From Naegleria gruberi (taxonomy: Eukaryota): 64,000 nucleotides of DNA. How positions within the stretch are numbered: the first letter of the stretch is position 1; each line of letters opens with the position of its first letter. The notes below the pieces were generated by a model, which was given only the letters and a program-made list of their open reading frames with translations, was not told where the DNA came from and searched no databases. Where the stretch lies: assembly GCA_000004985.1 (NCBI GenBank), contig GG738845.1; one strand, 5' to 3'. A program made the position numbers and the translations under genes. Shown here one piece after another: positions 56,601-64,000 of the stretch.

Positions 56601-56903
56601 ACAATGCATAAGAAACAAACAGTCTATATCCATCCATCCTCTTGTCTATTCACTGGAAATGATAAGGATAAGGTTGTAACAATTATTGGTGATCCAAAGT
56701 TGGCAGCAAAAGAACAAAAAGATCCACCAAAATGGGTTGTCTTCTTTGAGCTAGTTCTCACTACCCAAGAATTTATGAGACAAGTTATTGAGATTGAACC
56801 AACTTGGTTGCTAGAGATTGCTCCTCACTTATATAATGGTAAAATTACTGTTAAGGAGCATAAGATGCCAAAAACTCTTGGAAAATCAAGTCGTAATAAA
56901 TAA
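53685..56903 (+). CDS. DHX16: Pre-mRNA-splicing factor ATP-dependent RNA helicase DHX16/PRP2 (DEAH box), about 1072 aa, intronless
   Basis: [12 protein letters not shown].. at the N-terminus. [29 protein letters not shown] matches human DHX16 [60 protein letters not shown]. The C-terminus ..[27 protein letters not shown].. is conserved. The real ATG at 53685 follows aaaaa, and the track start is a TTG. Confidence 0.88.
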   Translation: [1072 protein letters not shown]

Positions 56904-56934
56904 TTCTTTTACGAAATTGGTGTTATTTACAAGT

Positions 56935-57564
56935 TTACAGACGATTAATCTCTAATTGTTCCCACATATACTCTACAACCTCTTCACGATTCATACCACT
57001 CAGGTCATATGTTTTTGTTTCTTCCGTACCACAAATTAATGCCACAGTATTTGCATTCTCTAAATCGAATATCAGTGGGGCAATATGTTCGTAAAGTTGA
57101 ACTGAAAATTCTGTTGATTTCTGATAATCTTCAATATCTCTCTTTAGTTGTGCTTCCTTTTGTTCTAATTCTTCCAATTCACTTTCTATCAAGGCTGAAT
57201 TATGTGAATAATTTTTAATATCTTTATCAATTTGGTCAATACTGAATTGAATTTCTTGGCATTCTTTTTTCAGTATGGACATTCTCTTCTCATGCTCTTG
57301 TGTGATGAGTGTCTTGTTTTGACATGATTTTTCTAAACTTTTTAATCTAAATAACAGATTACTCATTACGTCTTTAAATTTTAATTCTTGCGATTCGGAA
57401 TACTTTTGAATAGTTTCTTGTGCTTGTGATATATTCCGAACTCGTGCAAAATTACTTTCCATGTTTAACGCATCCAATAAATTTGTTGTCATTTGATCCA
57501 ACGTAAGAAGATCTATTTCTGGGTCTTTCTTCAAATCATCCAAGTTGAGTCCTTTGTGTTGCAT
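56935..57564 (-). CDS. Kinetochore protein, probably SPC24 (NDC80 complex): coiled-coil N-terminal half plus C-terminal globular domain, 209 aa
   Basis: The C-terminal VQLYEHIAPLIFDLEN..(about 25 aa)..EVVEYMWEQLE resembles human SPC24 AQLYHQVSKIEWDYE..(about 25 aa)..ISDYLWSLVD. Size and architecture fit. A-rich leader. Confidence 0.35.
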   Translation of the reverse strand: MQHKGLNLDDLKKDPEIDLLTLDQMTTNLLDALNMESNFARVRNISQAQETIQKYSESQELKFKDVMSNLLFRLKSLEKSCQNKTLITQEHEKRMSILKKECQEIQFSIDQIDKDIKNYSHNSALIESELEELEQKEAQLKRDIEDYQKSTEFSVQLYEHIAPLIFDLENANTVALICGTEETKTYDLSGMNREEVVEYMWEQLEINRL

Positions 57565-57588
57565 TTTTTATTAAATTTTTAAAACGAA

Positions 57589-57599
57589 TTTTGGCGGGA
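57589..57599. promoter_or_regulatory. E2F-like site TTTTGGCGGGA inside a 17-nt direct repeat (AAAACGAATTT(T)GGC, copies at about 57581-57597 and 57612-57627) in the 145-nt divergent SPC24-like/F-box promoter
   Basis: TTTGGCGG matches the E2F consensus TTTSGCGS. It lies about 30 nt upstream of the kinetochore gene ATG. The repeat is seen directly. Confidence 0.3.
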
Positions 57600-57709
57600 T
57601 CTTTTTTTAATAAAACGAATTTGGCACTCACTTTCGTACTCAAAAAAATTAAGCGAAAATCTCCATCAAAAAAAAATAACAACCCTTCTCTTTAGCATCT
57701 GGAAGAAGG

Positions 57710-59869
57710 ATGATTTTTTCGGATTTGCCCTTCGAGGTTAAATGTCATATTTTTTCATTTCTGGATTATTTGGAATTTATTTTGCAAAGAGGATTATGCT
57801 TGAATAGTAATTTTTATAGATTACTAAATTCTTCTATCGGAACACCAAGAAAGCTTATTTTTGGATGTGCAAATAAACCAATTCACAGAAGAAATGAATT
57901 GGATCAAAATGAGGAAGAGGATATTTGTATTACAAATAACACACCAATATTTGAGAGAATAACAAAAGTACTCATTCCAAAATTCATCATACCAGTGTCT
58001 TTTCATAAGAGTATCACATACCTAGATGTACATCATATCAGTTCAAAGCTTACCATGAAACAAACTGTTGACTTGTGTAAAGAATTCCCGAATCTAACTC
58101 AAGTTCATTTTGTAAATCATTTCCCTACATTAGCAAGACTCAAGTCCTTTATCTTGGAGTCTCTTTTTCCTAGTCATTGCCCACATTTGAGAGTAATTGA
58201 TATTACTTCTGGAGAATTAAATGCATCTCAACACCAAAGTATGAATGGAGGATCTGTAAAGCAACAAGTCACACCTATTCAGAGATTAATGTCTGAAGAG
58301 GACTTTCCTGTAATTGTTGATTATGCTCTTTTAGTTTTACCTGACACTGCCTCTACAAAAAGTGCTTCTGGTGCTGGAGGGGGAGGAAGTGGTGGAAGTC
58401 GCTATTTGAAAATGAATGATGAACAAACTCTGTCATTTTTAAGACAATTAATTGAAAAATATCATGTACCAATCAATACATGCATACAGGGGAAATATAC
58501 TTTCTTATCAGGTGCCTGTCATAATGGGCATTTCGAATGTATCAAATATTTGTTGAATTTTGGAGCAAATAGCAGAAAGAATTTATCAAAATCGACTGAT
58601 AGTTTAAGTAGAAGCATCTCTTACGATTTAATTAGTTATGCTGAAAGTGCAGAAAAAGAAATTTTACTTTTGAAATCTCAGCCAAATAGAGCTATGTATT
58701 TTTCATTTAAAAGAAATTTCTGCATTGCTCCTCTTATAATAAGTTTAAAGGAGAATATTATTAATTTTTTATTGGAACGCCAGGTATCTTTATGCGAATA
58801 TCAAATTGGTTCTATTATTCAACACTTAAGAAGATCATTAGCAAACATTTCACTGGTTACTCCTGAGCTTAAATTAAAAATTTTAGAAAAGAAAAAGAAA
58901 CAAGAACAACTGTTTTATAATTCATTAAGGAAGGTTAATGCATTTTTATTCAATTTTGATGATTTGGATAGAGAGACTGGCTGTTCTCCAGTGCACCAAA
59001 TTTTAGATTATTCAAGTTTAAGATTGATTTTTGACAAGATGGGAATTTATCCAATATCTGCCTCTACGGAATCTCTAACAGATGAGGTTATCGATATTGT
59101 AAACAGAAAGAATATTTATACTGGAGCAACAATCATACACTTGTTGTGTGCCTCTTCTTCTTCAATAAGCAAGATGTACCAACCAACTTCAATAACTGAA
59201 CTCATATCCAGTCTGAGTAGACCAGAGAGCTCAAATCTTACAGTTCTTGATAGTGAGGTTTTCCACAATATTCAACACTTGCATAATGCATTGGGGGCCA
59301 AATTGGATATTTATGATATGAATGGTATGATGCCAATTCATTTATGTATTGATATGGAGAGGTATGAGTTGGCTAGAGAGTGGCTAAAATGGAAACCATC
59401 ACATGCACTCTTTCTTACTAAATCTACCAATGAATCAATATTACACATACTAACAGAGCACCTTTTCCAATCCCTTTTCGAGTTTAGTGCCTCAAGTAGT
59501 GAGGATGAGGGTTACAGAAGATGTATGAACAATAATTTTATTCTTGAATCACCTGCTTCACCTTCTTCAGATATTTCAATCCCTCTCAAAGATAGGTTAG
59601 AGGATAGCCTGTTAGAGAAACGAAGAATGGAGATGGTAGAAAAAGAACGAGAGAACAAGGTTACTAGAATTATTTCACTTTTCAAAGTTATTCTAACTGG
59701 GTTGGATTTGACTAATCGCGAGAAACAAGAGCTTATTAGTGTAGAAAATGATCTTGGGAGCAATGTTTTGGATATGATTGAATCATCTATTGAGGAAAAT
59801 AGCTATGAGGAAGATGATGAATTCTTTAGACAACACATTTACCAGCTGAAACAATTATTAGAATATTAA
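57710..59869 (+). CDS. F-box protein with ankyrin repeats, 719 aa
   Basis: N-terminal F-box-like LPFEVKCHIFSFLDY. Ankyrin-like ..GACHNGHFECIKYLLNFGAN.. plus further repeats. TAA stop. Confidence 0.6.
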   Translation: MIFSDLPFEVKCHIFSFLDYLEFILQRGLCLNSNFYRLLNSSIGTPRKLIFGCANKPIHRRNELDQNEEEDICITNNTPIFERITKVLIPKFIIPVSFHKSITYLDVHHISSKLTMKQTVDLCKEFPNLTQVHFVNHFPTLARLKSFILESLFPSHCPHLRVIDITSGELNASQHQSMNGGSVKQQVTPIQRLMSEEDFPVIVDYALLVLPDTASTKSASGAGGGGSGGSRYLKMNDEQTLSFLRQLIEKYHVPINTCIQGKYTFLSGACHNGHFECIKYLLNFGANSRKNLSKSTDSLSRSISYDLISYAESAEKEILLLKSQPNRAMYFSFKRNFCIAPLIISLKENIINFLLERQVSLCEYQIGSIIQHLRRSLANISLVTPELKLKILEKKKKQEQLFYNSLRKVNAFLFNFDDLDRETGCSPVHQILDYSSLRLIFDKMGIYPISASTESLTDEVIDIVNRKNIYTGATIIHLLCASSSSISKMYQPTSITELISSLSRPESSNLTVLDSEVFHNIQHLHNALGAKLDIYDMNGMMPIHLCIDMERYELAREWLKWKPSHALFLTKSTNESILHILTEHLFQSLFEFSASSSEDEGYRRCMNNNFILESPASPSSDISIPLKDRLEDSLLEKRRMEMVEKERENKVTRIISLFKVILTGLDLTNREKQELISVENDLGSNVLDMIESSIEENSYEEDDEFFRQHIYQLKQLLEY

Positions 59870-59888
59870 AGAATATTGAAACAATTAT

Positions 59889-59948
59889 TATTCCGAATTA
59901 TTGTTGTATTTGTGTCATATTACTTAGTATTCCGAATAATTGTTGTAT
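59889..59948. repeat. 21-nt direct repeat TATTCCGAAT(T/A)ATTGTTGTAT (59889..59909 and 59928..59948) between the F-box gene stop and the HEAT gene start
   Basis: Seen in sequence, one mismatch, 39-nt offset. It lies in the presumptive 5' leader or promoter of the downstream gene. The ORF track translates through it (FRIIVV twice) from a TTG. Confidence 0.6.
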
Positions 59949-59986
59949 GTTTTGTATTGAAAAACCGAAAACATACAACAAAAAAA

Positions 59987-62773
59987 ATGTCCCAAAGTGT
60001 TGATGATATCTTTGAAGAAATGATGAGAGAGGAGAAAGCCAAACTACTTCAGGCAAGCTCCTTTCAAAAACATAAAGAACAAGTTACAACGGAATACCTA
60101 GGAGCAAAAATTAACAAATCATCATCTAACACTTCAGCATCCGATACAAAAACGCCATACATTTCGTCGGAAATTGAAATTCTACTCCAACAAACACCAC
60201 AACAAATACTTCAAAATATACAAAGAGATGTAAATTGTTTAACCAGTACAGAAAAGGGAAAAAGAATTGGTGCGATGAAGAAATTAAAATCACTTTTTGA
60301 TGCTATGGAAAGCAGAAAAGATAGCCTTCCTATTGTTGATTATATGAAGTTTTTCTTTTCTCACATTTATCAACCACTCTTAAAACTATTTTCCAATGAA
60401 ACTGAATATTGCAGAGAAACTTCTGTAAAACTGATTGCAACCTTCATTAGCTATGCAAGCAGGAGTGAAATAGAAGAATCTCTTCCCTTCATGATACCAA
60501 TACTGGAAGAAAGAATGAAAGGTCCAAAGGAAAAATTTAATGAAGAAAGCGAGGAAGTTAGAGTATCACTTGTCAAATTGATGAAATTATTGATTGAAAA
60601 ATGCACTTCGATCTTTGAGGATGCAGATTACCTACAGGCAGCCATTCACTTTTTGGAAAAAGCTTTTGAAGATTTTCATGCTGTTAAAATTGAGGCTTGT
60701 GGTTGTGTTGTTTCTCTTTGTTTGTCTCTCAAGGAAACAACAATCAAGCTTTTTTCAGGATCACTGATAAAAAAACTTGTCCCTCACCTTAAACATCAAA
60801 GATTTAATGTACGGTCTGACGTTCTGGAAGCAATTAAGCATTTAGTCTCTTGCGGATCTGTAGAAGTGTTGGAAGAATTACACTCTCCTTTAAGAGAATT
60901 ATGTTTGGACAGATCTAGTGCTGTGAGGCAAAAGTTGTTGGATGTGGTTATTGACTGGACACTTAATTTAAGAGACAAATACTCATTTCAACACAACTTT
61001 GTCTATTATCTTGTCTTGCTTAGCTCTGATGAAATTGACACAATTTCCAAATCTGCATTTGACTATATTTTGGAAGCTGGGAGACAATTTGAAAATGATC
61101 ACGAAGATGAAGTCAACGAAACTAGAATGTATGATGAAGATGAGAATAATCAAATCAAATCTACTGTTTACGAAGATGTTGAAAGATTACCAAAATTACC
61201 GCCAGTAATTATTCAAAGACCTCTTCTTGGTTCTAGATTGCTTGTAGGAAAAAAACATTTGACAAAGGTGATTAATTATCTGATTACAGATTTTGAAGAT
61301 TGGAGTCTCCAAAGAAGAATTGAAGCAGCTAAAGCACTTCAATTGTGTGTGATATTTGCCGAAAGAAATCTGACACAACATTTGGACAAGTTAATGGTCA
61401 CATTATTCCAAGCCTGCAATGATGACGAAAAGGACTTAAGAGAAGAGTCACTAAGGGTTGTATCTCTGATAGGATACTTTTTAGAACCAGAAACATATTT
61501 AAATATTATTTATAACAATTCCAGACCAGAATATGCAGCATCCCCAAAATTTTTATCAACTGTTCTCAAATGCCTCTCCCTTTTGGTTTCTCACTCCCAT
61601 TCCATGTTAGTATCTAAAATTTTACCTACCTTATTGAACAAACTTGGATCACAACATTTGGTTTATAGCGAGGAGCCAAATGTCAAGTTAAATATTTTAC
61701 ACATATTGGATGCCTGTCTGTGTAACAAGTCAGTTACTACTCTAGAGATAGGGTTTGAAGTATTCATTTTGGTTTTAAAGGTTTGTTCCCAGCCAAATAC
61801 CCCTGAGGTAATTTCTAAATCGGGTCTTTCACTAATGGATCAAGAGGCAAAGTTATTCGGTTTGAATAATGTTGAGGAATTCTACAATATCTATTATGAA
61901 AAAGCTTTTACAATATTCACCTCTGATGTTGCCTCTTGGGATAAGTTATCACCAAATTTTTATTCTTTCGAAGCCCTTCTTAGAAATTCACCAAAGTCCA
62001 CCATTATCCACTTTTCAAAGATTTTTGAAGTATTGGGAATTCATCTTGCTACGGACAAAGATCCAATGATGATTCTCAGACTTCTCTCTGCTTTGAACTC
62101 GATTATTTATTCGAGTGGAAAAGAACTATCTCAAGAACACATTCATTATATATTAACACATTTTATTTACCCACACTCCAAATGGAGAAATGGAAGAGTA
62201 TACGTTGATGTTAGAAAAGCTGCAATTTCATGCTTTAGCTGTATAGTTCGACAACAATTATGTACTACAAAGGAAACTATCCAAACATTTTGCAGTGAAA
62301 GTCAATTCGATAATTTTATGTCGTGCATGGATGATGATTTCGATCCTCATTTGAGAGGTCTTGTAGTGAAGATAATGATTGATTTAATAGAGTATTCTCA
62401 TGATTTATTAACTGAAAAGCAATGGGATACCCTTTGTACAGAATTGAGAAATAGAATGGAGGATGAAAATGATGATGTGAGAGCAATTACATCTACTACT
62501 ATCGGTCAACTACTTCTTTATCTTCCAGCCCAAATGGTAGACCAATGTACTGCCCTCGTTTTTTGTTTGTCCACTCACATGGATGACCCTAATCCAGAGA
62601 TTAGAAAATCTTGTTTTAATACTTTTCAAACTGTGATATCTGATTTCAAAAATCATCAACACTTGGAATATGTAAAAGAGAGACTAGATACAATTAACCA
62701 TCAAATTAGAGGTTTTCTTCAATCATCAGTTAGGGCTAAGAATGATTCCTTACCTTACCAGAATTTAATTTGA
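59987..62773 (+). CDS. HEAT/ARM-repeat protein of about 928 aa (candidates: dynein-arm assembly HEAT protein DNAAF5-like or MMS19-like; unresolved)
   Basis: Long ORF with regularly spaced amphipathic helical repeats. The real start, aaaaaaaATGtcccaaagt at 59987, is in frame with the track ORF that starts on a TTG at 59876. TGA stop at 62771-62773. Confidence 0.6.
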   Translation: MSQSVDDIFEEMMREEKAKLLQASSFQKHKEQVTTEYLGAKINKSSSNTSASDTKTPYISSEIEILLQQTPQQILQNIQRDVNCLTSTEKGKRIGAMKKLKSLFDAMESRKDSLPIVDYMKFFFSHIYQPLLKLFSNETEYCRETSVKLIATFISYASRSEIEESLPFMIPILEERMKGPKEKFNEESEEVRVSLVKLMKLLIEKCTSIFEDADYLQAAIHFLEKAFEDFHAVKIEACGCVVSLCLSLKETTIKLFSGSLIKKLVPHLKHQRFNVRSDVLEAIKHLVSCGSVEVLEELHSPLRELCLDRSSAVRQKLLDVVIDWTLNLRDKYSFQHNFVYYLVLLSSDEIDTISKSAFDYILEAGRQFENDHEDEVNETRMYDEDENNQIKSTVYEDVERLPKLPPVIIQRPLLGSRLLVGKKHLTKVINYLITDFEDWSLQRRIEAAKALQLCVIFAERNLTQHLDKLMVTLFQACNDDEKDLREESLRVVSLIGYFLEPETYLNIIYNNSRPEYAASPKFLSTVLKCLSLLVSHSHSMLVSKILPTLLNKLGSQHLVYSEEPNVKLNILHILDACLCNKSVTTLEIGFEVFILVLKVCSQPNTPEVISKSGLSLMDQEAKLFGLNNVEEFYNIYYEKAFTIFTSDVASWDKLSPNFYSFEALLRNSPKSTIIHFSKIFEVLGIHLATDKDPMMILRLLSALNSIIYSSGKELSQEHIHYILTHFIYPHSKWRNGRVYVDVRKAAISCFSCIVRQQLCTTKETIQTFCSESQFDNFMSCMDDDFDPHLRGLVVKIMIDLIEYSHDLLTEKQWDTLCTELRNRMEDENDDVRAITSTTIGQLLLYLPAQMVDQCTALVFCLSTHMDDPNPEIRKSCFNTFQTVISDFKNHQHLEYVKERLDTINHQIRGFLQSSVRAKNDSLPYQNLI

Positions 62774-62777
62774 AATA

Positions 62778-63060
62778 AAAAGAATGTTTCTCCAGTTGAA
62801 TATTACGTGCTGCAAGCAACACCGAGAAGCGAGCATGAATCACAGAACATGAGGACAGAGGTCCTATCACACTCAGCGATCCTCTGGAACAACAAGGAGA
62901 ATATTGCTAAGGCTGATACCTAACAAAGGTGGAGTGTTTAAAGACGGTAATTGTTGAATTCTGTGCCATAAAGACACCATCAACTACTGTTAAACGCGTT
63001 GCTCCATTCAGCACTAGGAGTCGTTCTCAACATTATGCCAAACTCAAAAAATTTTAATTG
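62778..63060 (-). ncRNA. Candidate non-coding RNA locus (Pol III-like): a GC-richer ORF-free block ending (minus strand) in CTTTTTATTT. Its 3' portion carries a U6-like 5' stem-loop motif, GCTCGCTTCTCGG..CAGCAC
   Basis: A 550-nt spacer in a genome whose other spacers are 1-400 nt. Local GC is clearly above the flanks. Internal stem potential: CAGAGG..19 nt..CCTCTG and GGAC-CTCT-GTCC. The minus-strand T-run abuts the HEAT gene stop. ACAGAGA and AGC boxes were not found, so the identity is open. Confidence 0.2.
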
Positions 63061-63327
63061 TTATTTTTTAATTGGTTGTGGTTGAAGAAAATTACCGATA
63101 TTTGTTCGAGCATATTCCACATTTTAAATTAGTCTTGGGTGATGACCAATCATTGGGCATAATTAAGGAAAGGAAGATGTATTTATTTATCTCTTCCCTC
63201 ATTAACCGCCAAAAACATTATTTTGCAATCGTAAAAAATAGTGCTCACCTGGCAGCACGTCATCATCAAATATTATTTATTTATTGAGGAATTGGTTGGA
63301 GGATTTAGGCTTTGAAATATCTTCGGA

Positions 63328-64000
63328 ATGTCTCAAAGAAATCCAAAACTTGAAAGAAGTGATTCTAACCTCAGTACTACATCCACTCCTTCATCATTGG
63401 AGGATATTTACAAGGCAAAGAAGAATTTACCTTTCAAAACTATAAATTTAAGCGCTGTAAATAGAGTTGAACAAATATCGAGTAGAGGAGGTTTTGGACC
63501 AACACCAGAAATTGAGACTCCTGATTTTGCTGCCCTAAGAATTAAAACACCAACAGCACAACTGGGTAGACCTACTGAAAAAATTGATTTAAATTTCCCT
63601 AAATTAAGCTCGAGAAAAACACCACGATCTGCTAGGGAAGAAAGTTTCATATCACTAAATTCTAGTGAGATCAAAACATCAACACCCATAATTTCCCCAA
63701 AGAAAAATAGATCAGCAACAGCAATTGGACATTCGAATGAAAAAAAGGATTGGTTTTCTGAGGAAAAGAGAATAGACAATTCTCTGAGTGAATTAACAAA
63801 ATATGAGAATTATAAATTTCAACGATGGAATAGAAATCTTGAGGCTGTCCCAATTGAGCAACCTGCTGATAATGTATTAATGAGAATTGACAATGATGAA
63901 GAGATCACTCCTTTTCTTACAGAACTAACATCAAGAAACAGACAAATACAGAGGAGGACACCCCTTGGCAGGCATACTCCAACAGCAAACGAGGAAGACA
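63328..64000 (+). CDS. 5' part of a protein-coding gene running off the window end: MSQRNPKLERSDSNLSTTSTPSSLEDIYKAKKNLPFKTINLS.., S/T-P-rich, probably a phospho-regulated protein
   Basis: ATG at 63328, then about 224 codons without a stop to position 64000. The minus-strand ORFs 63408..63779 and 63671..63853 are its antisense shadows. Confidence 0.45.
   Translation, partial: MSQRNPKLERSDSNLSTTSTPSSLEDIYKAKKNLPFKTINLSAVNRVEQISSRGGFGPTPEIETPDFAALRIKTPTAQLGRPTEKIDLNFPKLSSRKTPRSAREESFISLNSSEIKTSTPIISPKKNRSATAIGHSNEKKDWFSEEKRIDNSLSELTKYENYKFQRWNRNLEAVPIEQPADNVLMRIDNDEEITPFLTELTSRNRQIQRRTPLGRHTPTANEED

Noticed and set aside
62790-62840. U2 snRNA (GCTTCTCGG motif on the minus strand)
   Set aside because: The branch-point-interaction sequence GUAGUA and the Sm site are absent. 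The motif fits a U6-like 5' stem better, and even that is incomplete.
63240-63262. U1-snRNA-like 5' end ACCTGGCAG
   Set aside because: Only a 9-mer match. The preceding bases (GCTC) would pair with GTGAGC, not the GTAAGT/GTAGGT donors used here, and no downstream U1 stem-loops or Sm site were found.
63072-63287. 71-aa ORF in the GC-rich island
   Set aside because: It starts on TTG, has no A-rich leader and no protein similarity. It overlaps the candidate ncRNA region, so it is likely spurious.
28104-64000. Prokaryotic-style features (operons, defence islands, CRISPR arrays, IS elements)
   Set aside because: Spliceosomal introns, eukaryotic-only protein families (TOP1 type IB with linker, LSm6, NOC2, DHX16, F-box/ANK) and per-gene A-rich start contexts show this is eukaryotic nuclear DNA. 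No direct-repeat arrays, terminal inverted repeats or transposase/integrase ORFs were seen.

Overview
Positions 1-28103 are one uninterrupted run of N, a scaffold gap. Only 28104-64000 (~35.9 kb) carries sequence. That part is AT-rich (roughly two-thirds A+T by eye) eukaryotic nuclear DNA, not prokaryotic.

Evidence for a eukaryotic, gene-dense locus:
- Long ORFs on both strands encode recognisable eukaryotic proteins: type IB topoisomerase I, DHX16/PRP2 DEAH helicase, LSm6, NOC2, GMP reductase, a DNAAF4-like CS+TPR protein, a DEAD-box helicase, a 7TM receptor, an F-box/ankyrin protein and a HEAT-repeat protein.
- The standard genetic code applies. TOP1 and the DEAH helicase end exactly at their conserved C-termini on TAA, and TGA is also used as a stop.
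- Spacers between genes run from 1 nt to about 550 nt. Two convergent gene pairs have stop codons only 1-2 nt apart.
- Real start codons sit in a consistent A-rich context (AAAAAATG). Several ORF-track 'M' starts are actually TTG or GTG, and the real ATG lies elsewhere.
- Introns are few, 5'-biased and tiny (24-87 nt). Donors are GTAAGT, GTATGT, GTACGT or GTAGGT, and acceptors are YAG.

Reading the sequence by eye I reconstructed nine such introns that the ORF track splits or misses: TOP1, the DNAAF4-like gene, LSm6, NOC2 (two), the 7TM receptor, the 4.8 kb PH-GRAM gene (two), and a hidden 86-aa SS18/GIF-like gene.

No prokaryotic defence system, CRISPR array or transposon is present. The points of interest are the extreme compaction with antisense-overlapping 3' ends, the micro-introns (one candidate is only 24 nt), two E2F-like motifs in divergent promoters of cell-cycle genes, and two GC-richer ORF-free stretches (43.0-43.3 kb and 62.8-63.3 kb) that look like ncRNA loci.

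The DNAAF4-like gene suggests the source organism builds motile cilia or flagella. LSm6 and DHX16 suggest a working spliceosome. My guess for the taxon is an intron-poor AT-rich flagellated protist, for example a Naegleria-like heterolobosean. That guess is inference only. All coordinates were derived by hand and may be off by 1-2 nt.
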